This document shows, piece by piece, positions 1 through 10,023 of a stretch of DNA of 64,000 nt. This DNA comes from Candidatus Norongarragalinales archaeon (GTDB lineage Archaea > Micrarchaeota > Micrarchaeia > Norongarragalinales > Norongarragalinaceae), in assembly GCA_038884755.1 (NCBI GenBank), contig JAWABJ010000001.1, forward strand, positions 192,001 through 256,000, written 5' to 3'. The translations under genes were made by a program, and so were the position numbers. Each line of letters opens with the position of its first letter. Positions within the stretch are counted from its first letter, which is position 1. The notes under the pieces were generated by a model that saw only the letters and a program-made list of their open reading frames with translations, was not told the origin of the DNA and made no database searches.

Positions 1-489
1 GGCGATGGCGTAGAAGGCGAAGGGAAGCAAAGCCAGTCCCAGCCCCTGCGGCAGCGGGCGGACGGTATAAATGAGCAGTTCGGCGGGAAGGGAAGCGAAA
101 AACGCTGCCGCCAGTCCCGTGAAGTCGTCGAACACCTCTCTTGCAAACAGGAAAAAGCCTATGGGCAAAAGAATTGCGAAAAGCATCACCAGCATTCTTT
201 GCGCGAAATCCACGTCTTGCAAAACGAACGTGGTTCCCGCAAGCAAGAGCCTGTAGCCCGGAACGTAAAGCGCCGGAATCCCGCCGCCGTAAGAGTAATC
301 GTTTTGCAGCGGGTATTCGCCGTGCTTGAGAATGTGCTGTGCGAAAGCAACGTGGATGTTGGTGTTGCCGTACGTGGGGTAGTACCACTCTTTCCAAACC
401 ATCGAGTGCGAGTGGAGGCTTGTCACGACCGCAATGAAAAGCAGTGCGTAAACCAAAAGCTTGTCCTTGTCCAGGTTGCGCAAATCCAT
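1..489 (-). CDS. Polytopic membrane glycosyltransferase, GT-C (ArnT/PMT/STT3-like) N-terminal part; runs off the window
   Basis: Own translation from ATG at 489: MDLRNLDKDKLLVYALLFIAVV...YYPTYGNTNIHVAFAQHILKHGEYP...YVPGYRLLLA, then several TM helices. Absent from the ORF track because it is truncated by the window edge. Confidence 0.65.
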   Translation of the reverse strand, partial: MDLRNLDKDKLLVYALLFIAVVTSLHSHSMVWKEWYYPTYGNTNIHVAFAQHILKHGEYPLQNDYSYGGGIPALYVPGYRLLLAGTTFVLQDVDFAQRMLVMLFAILLPIGFFLFAREVFDDFTGLAAAFFASLPAELLIYTVRPLPQGLGLALLPFAFYAIA

Positions 490-493
490 GAAA

Positions 494-1003
494 TCACGGT
501 TTCTTTACTTTGTAAATCCTGTGCCCGTTGTCGAAAACCTTTTCGAAGTACTGAGAATCGCCGAATATGGTGTAGTCCGCCCCTTTCCAAGTGAACCCGG
601 GGAACAGAGACCGGTCGGGCACCCAGACGTATTCGGCGCGGTATTTCAACGCGGTTTCCCACGCTTGCCTTCCGCTTTTGGCTTCGTAAAAATTGTATTG
701 GATGTCGTGCATTCTCTGCACTACGTTCGGCACTATCGCCCAATCCCCGCCTTCGGTTCCTTCGCGCAGCACGCTCATCAAAAGCTCTCCGCCGAAAATG
801 TCGCTCACGAACACCGTGCGTTCGGGCGTGTTTTGCAAAACCCATTCCAGCGCGGATACCTCGTTTTTGGAAACGACGGGGTTCATCCAGGGCTTCGCCT
901 GGTTGAGCGCAGCGTCAAAATCCTTGTTGGCGAAGTAAATGACGAGTGCGAAAAGCAAGAGCACCGGAACGTATTGCAGTGCCTTGCGGGCGTCGGATTC
1001 CAT
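494..1003 (-). CDS. Membrane-anchored protein resembling the extracellular C-terminal domain of AglB/STT3-like GT-C proteins
   Basis: N-terminal TM, then ALEWVLQNTPERTVFVS...KYRAEYVWV...FEKVFDNGHRIYKV; no WWDYG motif. Confidence 0.55.
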   Translation of the reverse strand: MESDARKALQYVPVLLLFALVIYFANKDFDAALNQAKPWMNPVVSKNEVSALEWVLQNTPERTVFVSDIFGGELLMSVLREGTEGGDWAIVPNVVQRMHDIQYNFYEAKSGRQAWETALKYRAEYVWVPDRSLFPGFTWKGADYTIFGDSQYFEKVFDNGHRIYKVKKP

Positions 1004-1058
1004 GTCCTATTCCTTTCAACCACTAAAAATTTAAGTGCTTTCACGCGGTTCTATTGCC

Positions 1059-1718
1059 ATGCAAAAAGACGTGAGGAAAGTTTACGACGCGATTGCCGAA
1101 CGCTGGAACGAGAGGCACTACAAAACGCGTTCTTGGGTCAGGTTTTTCAGGCCGATGCTCAAGAAAAACGACGTTGTGCTGGACGCGGGCTGCGGCAACG
1201 GCGTGAACGCAATTTCGTTCGCCCCTTTCGTCCGCAAAATCTACGCGGTCGACTTCTCGCCGAAAATGGTTGAATACGCGAAGCGCAACGTCCGCAAAGC
1301 CAAGCTTTCAAAAAAAATCATTGCGAGCAAGGCTGACGTGCTCAAGCTTCCCTTCAAAAATTCTTTCTTCAACGTTGCGGCGTATTTCGCGGTCGCCCAC
1401 CATTTTTCCGGAAAGCGGGAATTGCAATTGCTTTTTTCCGAAATGAGCCGGGTTTTGAAGAAAAAGGGGTTTGCTTTCGTGACCGTGCGCTGCGAAGGCT
1501 GGTCTGCCCAGGAGGCTGGCAAAGCAGTGTTTTTCAATTACGCCGGCAAAACAGGGTTGACTTTGCCGAGAATCTACAGTTCTCCAGGCAAGAAAACCCT
1601 GGTTTCCGTTGCGTCGAAAAGCGGGCTTGCGCTTCGAAAGTTTTTCTTCGAGAGGAAGGGCAGGCTTTGCACGAAACGCGAAGCGCGAAACTTTTGCCTG
1701 GTTTTCCAAAAGCTTTGA
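1059..1718 (+). CDS. Class I SAM-dependent methyltransferase
   Basis: VLDAGCGNG motif I, AVDFSPKMV, ADVLKLPF; start moved to ATG 1059. Confidence 0.9.
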   Translation: MQKDVRKVYDAIAERWNERHYKTRSWVRFFRPMLKKNDVVLDAGCGNGVNAISFAPFVRKIYAVDFSPKMVEYAKRNVRKAKLSKKIIASKADVLKLPFKNSFFNVAAYFAVAHHFSGKRELQLLFSEMSRVLKKKGFAFVTVRCEGWSAQEAGKAVFFNYAGKTGLTLPRIYSSPGKKTLVSVASKSGLALRKFFFERKGRLCTKREARNFCLVFQKL

Positions 1719-2369
1719 TTACTTCTTGCGCAAAACCAAAAACAAGTGGTCTTGCTCGAACGGCTCCAAGGGGATTTCCTGCTCGATTTCGAAAGCCTCG
1801 GAAAGGGTTTTTTTCACTTTCGCGTACACGCGCGCAGGTTCTTCGACGGAATTTATTGCGCGTGACTTGATTGCAATCAGCGCATAACCCCCTTTCGCGA
1901 GAAAACGGGAGTTCGCGTTGAGTATTTCCGCCTGCTGGGGGTCTGCAACATCCTCGAAAACCACATCGACAGAGCCGATTTCCTCGTAATTCTCGGGCTT
2001 GCGCGCGTCGGCAAGGATGGGTATCATGTTGCCCCGTTTTTCGCACACGCTGATTAAATCGCGCATGGCGATGGGTGCTACTTCAATGCAGTAAACTTCC
2101 CCTTTGCTTCCCACTATGTCGCTTACGAACGAGGGCGTGGCGCCGTGTGCTGCGCCCAAATAAAGGACTTTAGACCCTTTGGTTATGGGCATGTGCTTGA
2201 TGCCTTTCGCAATCGCCGCGCAAAGCTTGCTTTGGTGGGGGTTCCACTCGCGGTATTGAATTCCTTTTTCCTCGACGAGCTTTTCCCCGTGCACCTTGAA
2301 TCCTTTGAGGGAATTGCGCGTGTAGAAAAAGCTGTTTTGCGCGTAAATCCCCGGAAAAATTTCTTTCAC
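1719..2369 (-). CDS. flpA: Fibrillarin-like rRNA/tRNA 2'-O-methyltransferase
   Basis: YREWNPHQSKL, KVLYLGAAHGATPSFVSD, PILADARKP, EDVADPQQA. Confidence 0.97.
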   Translation of the reverse strand: MKEIFPGIYAQNSFFYTRNSLKGFKVHGEKLVEEKGIQYREWNPHQSKLCAAIAKGIKHMPITKGSKVLYLGAAHGATPSFVSDIVGSKGEVYCIEVAPIAMRDLISVCEKRGNMIPILADARKPENYEEIGSVDVVFEDVADPQQAEILNANSRFLAKGGYALIAIKSRAINSVEEPARVYAKVKKTLSEAFEIEQEIPLEPFEQDHLFLVLRKK

Positions 2370-2389
2370 GCGTCACAGCACCTGAAGAG

Positions 2390-3367
2390 TCAGCGCCTGC
2401 CTTTGTTGAAGCGCTTGAAAGGCTTTTTGCCGAACGATTTTCCGCTCCCGCCGTGGAAAGGCCTGCCTTCGACCGGCCTTCCGCCGAATCTCCTTTCGCC
2501 AAACGGCTTGCGCCTGTAATCGTCTTCCCTGCTGCCCTCGCGGTAGTTGTGCTTAGGCTTTTCGGACTGCGGTTTGATTGGCGTTTCCTGGATTTGTTTC
2601 AAGCGCTTTTCGAAATGCTCCTTGAGCTTTGGCGCGATGAAGTGGTGAGTGTAGAAGTCAGCCTTAGCGGCAATCGCCAGTTTGGTTGCAAGCGCGCGCG
2701 CGATGCGCCCGCGCTGGTGCATAGGCGCGGAGTTTATTGCAGGATGCTGGAATATGATGCCGTGCTTCGGTGGGCGCGTGTGTTGTCTTAAGTGTTTGAA
2801 CAAACTCTTTTCGGCGCCAATTACTTGAATGGTTGAAGCTGGCATTTCCGCCAGGTTTTTGAGCGAGCCTGCGAGCGCAAGAAGCCTTGCGGCGAGCAGC
2901 GGGTCGAGCAAATACGTCACGTTCTTGAGCTCTTTTTCAACCATGCCTTTCACGTATTCCTCAGTCTCTTTCCTCGCTTCCATGATTTCGGCTATTTGCT
3001 TTGCGAAAACTTGAACAGCCTTAGAGTCTTCCTTGTCGAACTTCGCTCCATAACTGGATTCAGAGGCGACCATGATGGCGTTTGCCTTCGACTCGCTGGC
3101 TATTTCAGCAAGCTTTTTCTCCTCATAGTGCTCTTTGCTTCCGAACTCTGCCGCTATTCGCGCGAGCACGTCTTCGTTCACGCGCAAGTCGGGAAAATTG
3201 ACTTTATACCATTCGTTGAGCCTTTGCTGGAGTAGGCTTTTGACTTCGTCCAAATCGTCTATGCTACGTACGGCTTGGATGATCAACGCGTCTTTTTGGG
3301 ACAAAGCTTCCTGGGTTTGCTTTTTCGCCTTTTCCAAGAACTTTTTCCTAGTTTCAAGAGCCTTCAC
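2390..3367 (-). CDS. nop5: C/D box RNP protein Nop5 (Nop56/58)
   Basis: LIIQAVRSIDDLD, MPASTIQVIGAEKSLF, PPKHGIIF, GRIARALATKLAIAAKAD; likely GTG start at 3367 after GGGTGG; adjacent to flpA. Confidence 0.95.
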   Translation of the reverse strand: MKALETRKKFLEKAKKQTQEALSQKDALIIQAVRSIDDLDEVKSLLQQRLNEWYKVNFPDLRVNEDVLARIAAEFGSKEHYEEKKLAEIASESKANAIMVASESSYGAKFDKEDSKAVQVFAKQIAEIMEARKETEEYVKGMVEKELKNVTYLLDPLLAARLLALAGSLKNLAEMPASTIQVIGAEKSLFKHLRQHTRPPKHGIIFQHPAINSAPMHQRGRIARALATKLAIAAKADFYTHHFIAPKLKEHFEKRLKQIQETPIKPQSEKPKHNYREGSREDDYRRKPFGERRFGGRPVEGRPFHGGSGKSFGKKPFKRFNKGRR

Positions 3368-3472
3368 TGTTAACCACCCTTCCGTAGAAAAGCAAAATAA
3401 CCGTTTTAAAACTCTATATAGAGTAAGATAGTAGCAGGGCGTTTTTAATCCCCGCGATTGAAGTGTGTTGAA

Positions 3473-4960
3473 ATGTCTCAAGCTCAAGGGAAAATAGACA
3501 AGGTCGTCAACCTGTGTTCGAGGCGCGGGTTGGTTTTCCCGAATTCCGAAATCTACTCTCCTCTCGGCGGGTTTTTCGACTACGCGCACTACGGACTCGC
3601 GATTAAAAAAAGAATCGCAAGTGCGTGGTGGGATTACTTCGTCAAGCAAAGGGAGGACGTAGTGGGTTTGGACGGCTCGATAATCTCCTCGCCCAAGGTT
3701 TGGAAAGCGAGCGGGCATCTTGAAAACTTTACCGACCCGCTGGTGGAATGCAAGAAATGCAAATCGCGCTTTCGCGCAGACCAGCTCGTGCGCGATGAAT
3801 TAAAGCTTGAAGTGGAAGGGCTGGACGAAAAAACGCTGGCGAAACTCATTAGCGAGCACAAGCTCGTGTGCGAAAAGTGCAGGGGAGAGCTTGCTGAAGC
3901 GAAGACGTTCAATTTGATGTTCAAGACGCAAGTGGGCGTTATTGAAGACGATGCGAACGCAGTTTTCCTTCGCCCCGAGACGGCGCAAACTATTTTCGCG
4001 GACTTCAAGTCAATCGCTGGTTTCGCGCGCAAAAAGCTTCCTTTCGGAATAGCGCAAATTGGAAAGGCGTTTAGAAACGAAATTTCTCCAAGGAATTTTC
4101 TTTTTCGCGCGCGAGAGTTCGAACAGATGGAATTGGAGTTTTTCCTGCACCCTAACAAAAGTCCGCGTTTCGATAAAATAAAGCTCAACCAAAAAATCAA
4201 GGTTTTTACCGCACGCGCCCAGTCTCAAAAAAGTGGGTTGGTTGAAAAAAGCGTGGAAAAGCTGTTTGAAGAAAAGATTGTTTCTAACGAATGGCTGGTG
4301 TACTGGCTTGCCGAAGCGTGGTTTTTCTTGACTGAAGAACTGGGACTGAAGAAAGAGAATCTGCGAATGCGCCAGCATGTCGCTACCGAGTTGTCGCACT
4401 ATTCGAAAGAAACCTGGGACGTGGAATATGATTATCCAGAGTGGGGCTGGAAGGAACTCGTGGGAATAGCCAACCGCGGGGACTTCGACTTGCAGCAGCA
4501 CCAAAAGCATTCAGGTAAAGACCTTTCGGTTTTCGACGAAGAGTCGAAGCAAAAGGTTCTGCCGACAGTCATCGAGCCTTCCTTCGGCTTGGACAGGCTT
4601 TTCTTCACGGTGCTTATCGATTCTTTCGAAGAAGAGGGTGAGAAGACTGTTTTGAAGCTCGAAAGGCGGATAGCGCCTCTCGACTGCGCGGTTTTCCCTC
4701 TGATGGCGAAAGACGGGCTGGACGAAAAAGCGAGAGAGGTTTTCGAAATGCTCAAGCACCTCGGGTTGGAGTGCGAGTACGACGAGAGAGGAAGCATTGG
4801 AAAGCGCTACGCTCGCATGGACGAAATCGGAGTGCCACTATGCATTACTGTCGATTACGATTCTTTGGAAAAGAACGATTGCACCGTGCGCTATCGCGAT
4901 TCGGGAAAGCAGGAAAGGGTTTTAATCACTCTTTTGCCTGAAAAACTGCATTCTGCCTGA
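3473..4960 (+). CDS. glyS: Glycine--tRNA ligase (alpha2 type)
   Basis: LRPETAQ, FGIAQIGKAFRNEISPR, EFEQMELEFF, VIEPSFGLDR, SIGKRYARMDEIG. Confidence 0.97.
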   Translation: MSQAQGKIDKVVNLCSRRGLVFPNSEIYSPLGGFFDYAHYGLAIKKRIASAWWDYFVKQREDVVGLDGSIISSPKVWKASGHLENFTDPLVECKKCKSRFRADQLVRDELKLEVEGLDEKTLAKLISEHKLVCEKCRGELAEAKTFNLMFKTQVGVIEDDANAVFLRPETAQTIFADFKSIAGFARKKLPFGIAQIGKAFRNEISPRNFLFRAREFEQMELEFFLHPNKSPRFDKIKLNQKIKVFTARAQSQKSGLVEKSVEKLFEEKIVSNEWLVYWLAEAWFFLTEELGLKKENLRMRQHVATELSHYSKETWDVEYDYPEWGWKELVGIANRGDFDLQQHQKHSGKDLSVFDEESKQKVLPTVIEPSFGLDRLFFTVLIDSFEEEGEKTVLKLERRIAPLDCAVFPLMAKDGLDEKAREVFEMLKHLGLECEYDERGSIGKRYARMDEIGVPLCITVDYDSLEKNDCTVRYRDSGKQERVLITLLPEKLHSA

Positions 4961-4974
4961 TTTGCCTGTTAAGT

Positions 4975-7620
4975 TCAGAGTCCTTTATTCTTTCTTCTTC
5001 CTATCGAGTAGGCGACCAGCGCAACAACGAAAACCGCGATTATGAGCGCGTAAATCAAGCTCGAGTTTTGCGTTTGGATTCTAATTGCGTTTTCGTTCGG
5101 TTTCAGGGTTTGCGTCGGCTGGATTCTATTGGACTCGGGTTTTTCCTCGTCCACCAGCGTCAAAACGGTGAACTCGTCGAGAATTTTTTCTTCAGTTTTT
5201 TCGTTCAAACTCACGCTGACCGTGAATTTTTCGAACGGCTTAAGAGAAAGCCTTTCCCACGTTGCTATTATGCTTCCTTCGCTCGTTTGAGATGGTTTTG
5301 GTGAAATGTTTATTTTTCCGGCAATGTATTCAGAATAGTCGAAGGGCAGAGTCCACGCGAGCGTTCCTTTGAATCCCCTGCTTCCTGCAGTATATGATAG
5401 GGAAAACACGGTTTTAGAAAGGAAAAACTCGCCTTTTATCTTAGCCCTAGGGTCTAAAGTTTTTTCTTTCACCTTCGGCGCTGGAGCCGTAATAGTGGGC
5501 GTTGGTGTGGTTTTAGCACCACGCCAGTCTATGTAAACATCGCGTCCTCGTGAACCGCCCGAAACTACGGTCATTTGAAAGTTTGCAAGGAGAGTGGTGC
5601 AAGTTGCTGAATAGTTTTGCGCTTCGGGAAAACACGCGGTGTAGTTGAAAGTTTCAGCGAGGGCAGAAGGTGTTTGATTGCTTTCCTCTACGTAAGAACT
5701 GTCGAAATCCACGCTAGTGCCGTTGCGGTAGAGCGTGAGATTGCCTTCCGTGACGTTTTTCCAAGCCGAAGCGTTGACTGCCACGCTTGAGGTGTAACTC
5801 CTGTCTTCTGCGCTTCCGTCGAGTGTTGCAGTGATTGAAACGCTTCCCTTGCTTACAGTGAGAAAATGCGTGTCGGTCGATGTGCTGTAATTCGTGTTGG
5901 CATCACAGTGAATAGTGTAGTTGTAATATCCTGCCGCGAGAGTTGTTATTTCCGGGTTTGAGCGTATAGTGGAATTTCTGTACAATGTATCAATCACTAT
6001 TCCGGAACAAAAGCCCGAGGCGTTTACGCTTTGAGGATATGCGATAGTCAAATCTGCGTCGGTAGAGTTGAGCAATAGGTTTGCTCCCGTGGTGTTCTTC
6101 ACCACGACTATACTGTAAGTTTGCGAAGTGGAAGCTCCAACGCCATCCAACGCCGTGAAGTTATAGTAATAAGTTCCCGCAGGCAGTCCTGAAATATTGT
6201 AATTCCACACTCCAGAAGTGCTCGTTCCGTTCCAAAGACTCATGGTATAGTTGGTGTTTTGAAAACTCATGTTGACTTCGGAAATTCCGCTGTCGTCTTT
6301 CAAAGAAACGAAGAATTGCATCGTGAGTGGAGTGTTGAATTCCGAACCATTGGTGAAATTCGAGGTTTGCCACTGGAATTCTGGAGGTGCGTTTATCGAA
6401 ATCGTCACTTCGCTCGAACCAACTTGATTGTCGGTAACGTTCCTTTGAGTTTGGTTCCAACGCGAGCCTACTGACGCGGTGAAATTGTGGTATGAAGTGA
6501 ATACTTTCGTTTCACTTCCGTTCAGATAATAGTGCCTTAACTCCTGCCTTTGAACGTATCCTGTAGAATTGGTGGTTCCCGAAAAGTGGGTGTGAGATTC
6601 GTTGTCTATTACCACGACATTCGCTCCTTCAACCGCAGTGCCATTAGCGTATTTGACTACCACGTCAACCCACCACAACCGGTTTACTGTGGACTGGCTT
6701 AAGTTTCCGGTTGAGAATTCAAACTTGTCGCTTTGCCAAGTGGTGTTTGTAAAGTTGAAGTTTGTGCCGTTGATTAAAGCCACCGTTCCGTTTGCGTCTC
6801 CAGTGGAGTTTGTTTGGTTGATTATAACGTTTTTGAATACTACCGTAGTGAGCAGGGAATTCCCCATTTGTATCAAGTAGTTGGTCGTAGTTTTTCCTTG
6901 ACGTTGAATGAGCTTCGAGTTGTAAACCCTAAGGCTGTAATTGCCGGTCGTGTCGCTGGCGGTGTCGCCAAAACCGAAAATCACGGGAATGGCGTCTGTA
7001 TCTCCAGACGCGGCGTATTCTATTCGCGAATTTTCTACTATTACCGTAATGTTGCTTTTCGTTGCTTGAGCAAATCCCGCTCTCACAAGGCTGGTGCCGG
7101 TTATAGTAATGTTGGCTATGGAATTGTTGAAATACACCACCAGCGGTGCCCCGCTTGGATTTACGGACATTTGAAGACAAGCGCCATCCGGCTGTGCGGT
7201 AAGAGTCAATTTCTTTAGAGTGCCGTTAAAAAGAACGTTGTAAAACGTTAAGTTGGAATAAGTTGTGGTTATCGAAGCGCAAGAGTCGAATCCGGTTATG
7301 TACGCCAAGACATTAGTAAGATTGTTTCCGCCTTTACTGCCGTTTTGGAAAGAAAAAACCGTGGGGTTTCCGCTCGTTCCAGTATAGGTGGAAGTGATGT
7401 TGTAAGTTGGTTTGTCAGTTGTAAAACCGCTCGAGTTGGCTGAAGAATTGAAGGTTATGCTGGGAGTGGTTGAACTCGAAGTCGTGTGAGTCAAGTTTCC
7501 GGTTATATTATACCAGTCTCCTTGCGTTCCAATCGTGTAAGGAAGGGACGAGATTGTTATTGCAGACGCGGAGAGGAAAGAAGCCGTAACGACTGCTAAC
7601 AACAATAGCGCGATTTTCAT
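4975..7620 (-). CDS. Large cell-surface (S-layer-like) glycoprotein, 881 aa
   Basis: Signal peptide, Thr/Ser/Asn-rich beta-type body with many N-x-S/T sequons, GGSRG and TTPTPT linker, C-terminal TM plus basic tail. Confidence 0.8.
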   Translation of the reverse strand: MKIALLLLAVVTASFLSASAITISSLPYTIGTQGDWYNITGNLTHTTSSSTTPSITFNSSANSSGFTTDKPTYNITSTYTGTSGNPTVFSFQNGSKGGNNLTNVLAYITGFDSCASITTTYSNLTFYNVLFNGTLKKLTLTAQPDGACLQMSVNPSGAPLVVYFNNSIANITITGTSLVRAGFAQATKSNITVIVENSRIEYAASGDTDAIPVIFGFGDTASDTTGNYSLRVYNSKLIQRQGKTTTNYLIQMGNSLLTTVVFKNVIINQTNSTGDANGTVALINGTNFNFTNTTWQSDKFEFSTGNLSQSTVNRLWWVDVVVKYANGTAVEGANVVVIDNESHTHFSGTTNSTGYVQRQELRHYYLNGSETKVFTSYHNFTASVGSRWNQTQRNVTDNQVGSSEVTISINAPPEFQWQTSNFTNGSEFNTPLTMQFFVSLKDDSGISEVNMSFQNTNYTMSLWNGTSTSGVWNYNISGLPAGTYYYNFTALDGVGASTSQTYSIVVVKNTTGANLLLNSTDADLTIAYPQSVNASGFCSGIVIDTLYRNSTIRSNPEITTLAAGYYNYTIHCDANTNYSTSTDTHFLTVSKGSVSITATLDGSAEDRSYTSSVAVNASAWKNVTEGNLTLYRNGTSVDFDSSYVEESNQTPSALAETFNYTACFPEAQNYSATCTTLLANFQMTVVSGGSRGRDVYIDWRGAKTTPTPTITAPAPKVKEKTLDPRAKIKGEFFLSKTVFSLSYTAGSRGFKGTLAWTLPFDYSEYIAGKINISPKPSQTSEGSIIATWERLSLKPFEKFTVSVSLNEKTEEKILDEFTVLTLVDEEKPESNRIQPTQTLKPNENAIRIQTQNSSLIYALIIAVFVVALVAYSIGRRKNKGL

Positions 7621-7694
7621 TCAACTACCTCTCGACTTTTATAATTAGCTAACGAATTTGCAATTAAAAATCAAGCTGGTTTCAAGCTTTTTTG

Positions 7695-8642
7695 TCAATA
7701 CGCTCGTTTTGACAATTGCTTGATCATGTCTTTAGTCATAGCTGTCAAGTCGTACTCGGGCTTCCAGCCCCATTCTTCGCGCGCTGCACTGTCGTCAATG
7801 CTTTTTGGCCAAGAGTCAGCAATAGCCTGCCTGAAGTCGGGTTTGTAGCTTATTGTGAATTCGGGAATCTCTTGCTGAATGGCGGCCGCGATTTCGGCTG
7901 GAGAAAAACTCATTGCGGAAACGTTGAAGTCGGTTCTATGCTTTAGTTTCGAGCCGTCCGCTTCGGCAAGCTGGATTATTGCCCTGAGCGCGTCGGGCAT
8001 GTACATCATTGGCAATGCAGAGTCGGGCTTGAGGAAGCACGTGTAGTGCTGGCGTTTTACGGCATAGTAGTATATTTCGACGGCGTAATCCGTAGTCCCG
8101 CCTCCGGGTTGCGTGACGTTGCTTATTATTCCCGGCAAGCGCAATCCGCGCACGTCCACTCCGAATTTCTTGAAGTAATAATTCCCGAGCAGCTCGCCGT
8201 GCACTTTGGAAATGCCGTACATGGTGGTTGGCTTGAGTATGGTTTCGTTGGGCGTGTTGTCTCGCGGCGTTTCGGGCCCGAAGACTGCGATTGAACTGGG
8301 AACCATCACGCGCTCGAGTTTTTTCTCCCTCGCCGTCTCGAGAACGTTGTATAACGTGGTGTTGTTGACGAAATAAGCGAATTGCGGGTTTTTTTCCCCT
8401 GCTGCCGAAAGTATTGACGCCAAGTGGTATATCGCGTCAACGCCGTTTTTTTCTACGCAAGCGTCAATCTGCTCTTTTTTCGTCGCATCCAATACGCCGG
8501 TAGGTCCGTGGTTTTGCGCTTCCGGCGAAGCGGGCTTGATGTCCGTCGCAATAACGTTTTCCTTCCCGTATTTTTTTCTCAACTCAGGGACGAGTTCAGA
8601 GCCGATTTGCCCGAACGCACCTATGACTAGGACTTTTTTCAC
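7695..8642 (-). CDS. tdh: L-threonine 3-dehydrogenase (SDR/GalE-like type)
   Basis: GAFGQIG, HLASILSAAGE, PSSIAVFG, YGISK, PGGGTTDYAV, RQAIADSWP; divergent from kbl. Confidence 0.9.
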   Translation of the reverse strand: MKKVLVIGAFGQIGSELVPELRKKYGKENVIATDIKPASPEAQNHGPTGVLDATKKEQIDACVEKNGVDAIYHLASILSAAGEKNPQFAYFVNNTTLYNVLETAREKKLERVMVPSSIAVFGPETPRDNTPNETILKPTTMYGISKVHGELLGNYYFKKFGVDVRGLRLPGIISNVTQPGGGTTDYAVEIYYYAVKRQHYTCFLKPDSALPMMYMPDALRAIIQLAEADGSKLKHRTDFNVSAMSFSPAEIAAAIQQEIPEFTISYKPDFRQAIADSWPKSIDDSAAREEWGWKPEYDLTAMTKDMIKQLSKRAY

Positions 8643-8804
8643 TCAGCATACCCCCTAGCAAACATTATTTTTTGTTAAAAATATTTTGGGCTCAATCCTT
8701 AAAAGACGAAGGCAATTCGCCGATTGTCGTTGTTGCTTTCGGTTTTTATTGTTTGTGCGGCTAGTTTTGTTTATTGCATTGGTTTCTTGGGAAGGCGTTG
8801 AACA

Positions 8805-10001
8805 ATGGCTAAACGGGATGCGACTTCGTTCTTGAAGCAGGAGTATGAAGCGCTGGTGCAGCAAAGCTTGGACTGGCGGATAAAGCAGTTGCAAGGCCCT
8901 TCAACCGCGCACGCGAAAGTCGACGGCAAGAATGTTTTGATGCTTTGTTCTAACAATTACTTGAATTTGTCCAACCACCCCAAACTCAAGGAAGCGGCTA
9001 TACGCGCGGTGCAAACGCACGGCGCAGGGAGCGGCAGCGTAAGGGCAATTGCGGGAAGCATGGATTTGCACTTGGCTTTGGAAAGAAAGATAGCTTCGTT
9101 CAAACACGCCGAAGCAGCGTTGTACTATCAGACTGGTTTTGCGGTGAACGCGGGTTTGATTCCGCAGTTGGTGGGCGAAGGCGACGTGGTGATAAGCGAT
9201 GAATTAAACCACGGTTCCATCATTGACGGCGTAAGGTTGAGCAAGGCGGAACGCGCGATTTACAAGCACTGTGACGTCGGCGATTTGGAGAGAGTATTGA
9301 AGGAATTGGATTCCAGACCCACGCCCCCGAGAAGAATTTTGGTTATCACTGACGGTGTTTTTTCTATGGACGGCGACATCGCGCCGTTGGACAAGATTGC
9401 CGGCATTGCAGAAGCGCACGGCGCGATGGTTTACGTTGACGACGCGCACGGCGACGGAGTGCTGGGCGAAGGCGGGAGGGGTATAGTAAATCATTTTCAT
9501 TTGGAGGGGAAAGTGCACGTGGAAATGGGCACTTTCTCGAAAGCTTTCGGAGTCGTCGGGGGCAGTATTGCCGGTAGCAAAGACTTGGTTGCTTTCGCGT
9601 TGAACAAGTCGCGCACTTGGCTGTTGAGCGGTTCTGCGCCTCCTGCGACTGTCGCTGCATGCTTTGCAGCGCTGGAAGTTTTGGAAACAGAGCCGCAGCA
9701 TTTCAAGAAACTGTGGGACAACACGAATTACTTCAAGAAAGAGTTGCAGGCGCTGGGTTTCGATACGGGCGTGAGCCAAACGCCCATAACGCCAGTGATA
9801 GTTGGGGAAAGCGGGAAAGCGAAAGCGTTGAGCGAAAAGCTCTTTGAAACAGGCGTTTTCGCCCTGCCCATTGTTTTTCCGATGGTTGCGAAAGACAAGG
9901 CGAGAATACGCACGATGATGAATGCAGGGCTTTCGAAAGAGGATTTGGATTTTGCTTTGAACGCATTCGAAAAATCGGGCAAGGAACTCGGAATAATTTG
10001 A
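8805..10001 (+). CDS. kbl: 2-amino-3-ketobutyrate CoA ligase (glycine C-acetyltransferase), class II PLP enzyme
   Basis: CSNNYLNL, SDELNHGSIIDG, TDGVFSMDGD, DDAHG, GTFSKAFG; adjacent to tdh. Confidence 0.88.
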   Translation: MAKRDATSFLKQEYEALVQQSLDWRIKQLQGPSTAHAKVDGKNVLMLCSNNYLNLSNHPKLKEAAIRAVQTHGAGSGSVRAIAGSMDLHLALERKIASFKHAEAALYYQTGFAVNAGLIPQLVGEGDVVISDELNHGSIIDGVRLSKAERAIYKHCDVGDLERVLKELDSRPTPPRRILVITDGVFSMDGDIAPLDKIAGIAEAHGAMVYVDDAHGDGVLGEGGRGIVNHFHLEGKVHVEMGTFSKAFGVVGGSIAGSKDLVAFALNKSRTWLLSGSAPPATVAACFAALEVLETEPQHFKKLWDNTNYFKKELQALGFDTGVSQTPITPVIVGESGKAKALSEKLFETGVFALPIVFPMVAKDKARIRTMMNAGLSKEDLDFALNAFEKSGKELGII

Positions 10002-10023
10002 GCGAAAAAAGGTTGGTTTTTCT

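Noticed and set aside
3368..3718. N-terminal extension of Nop5 in the ORF track (442 aa)
   Set aside because: It overlaps glyS and the divergent promoter; GTG 3367 has an RBS and gives a plausible Nop5.
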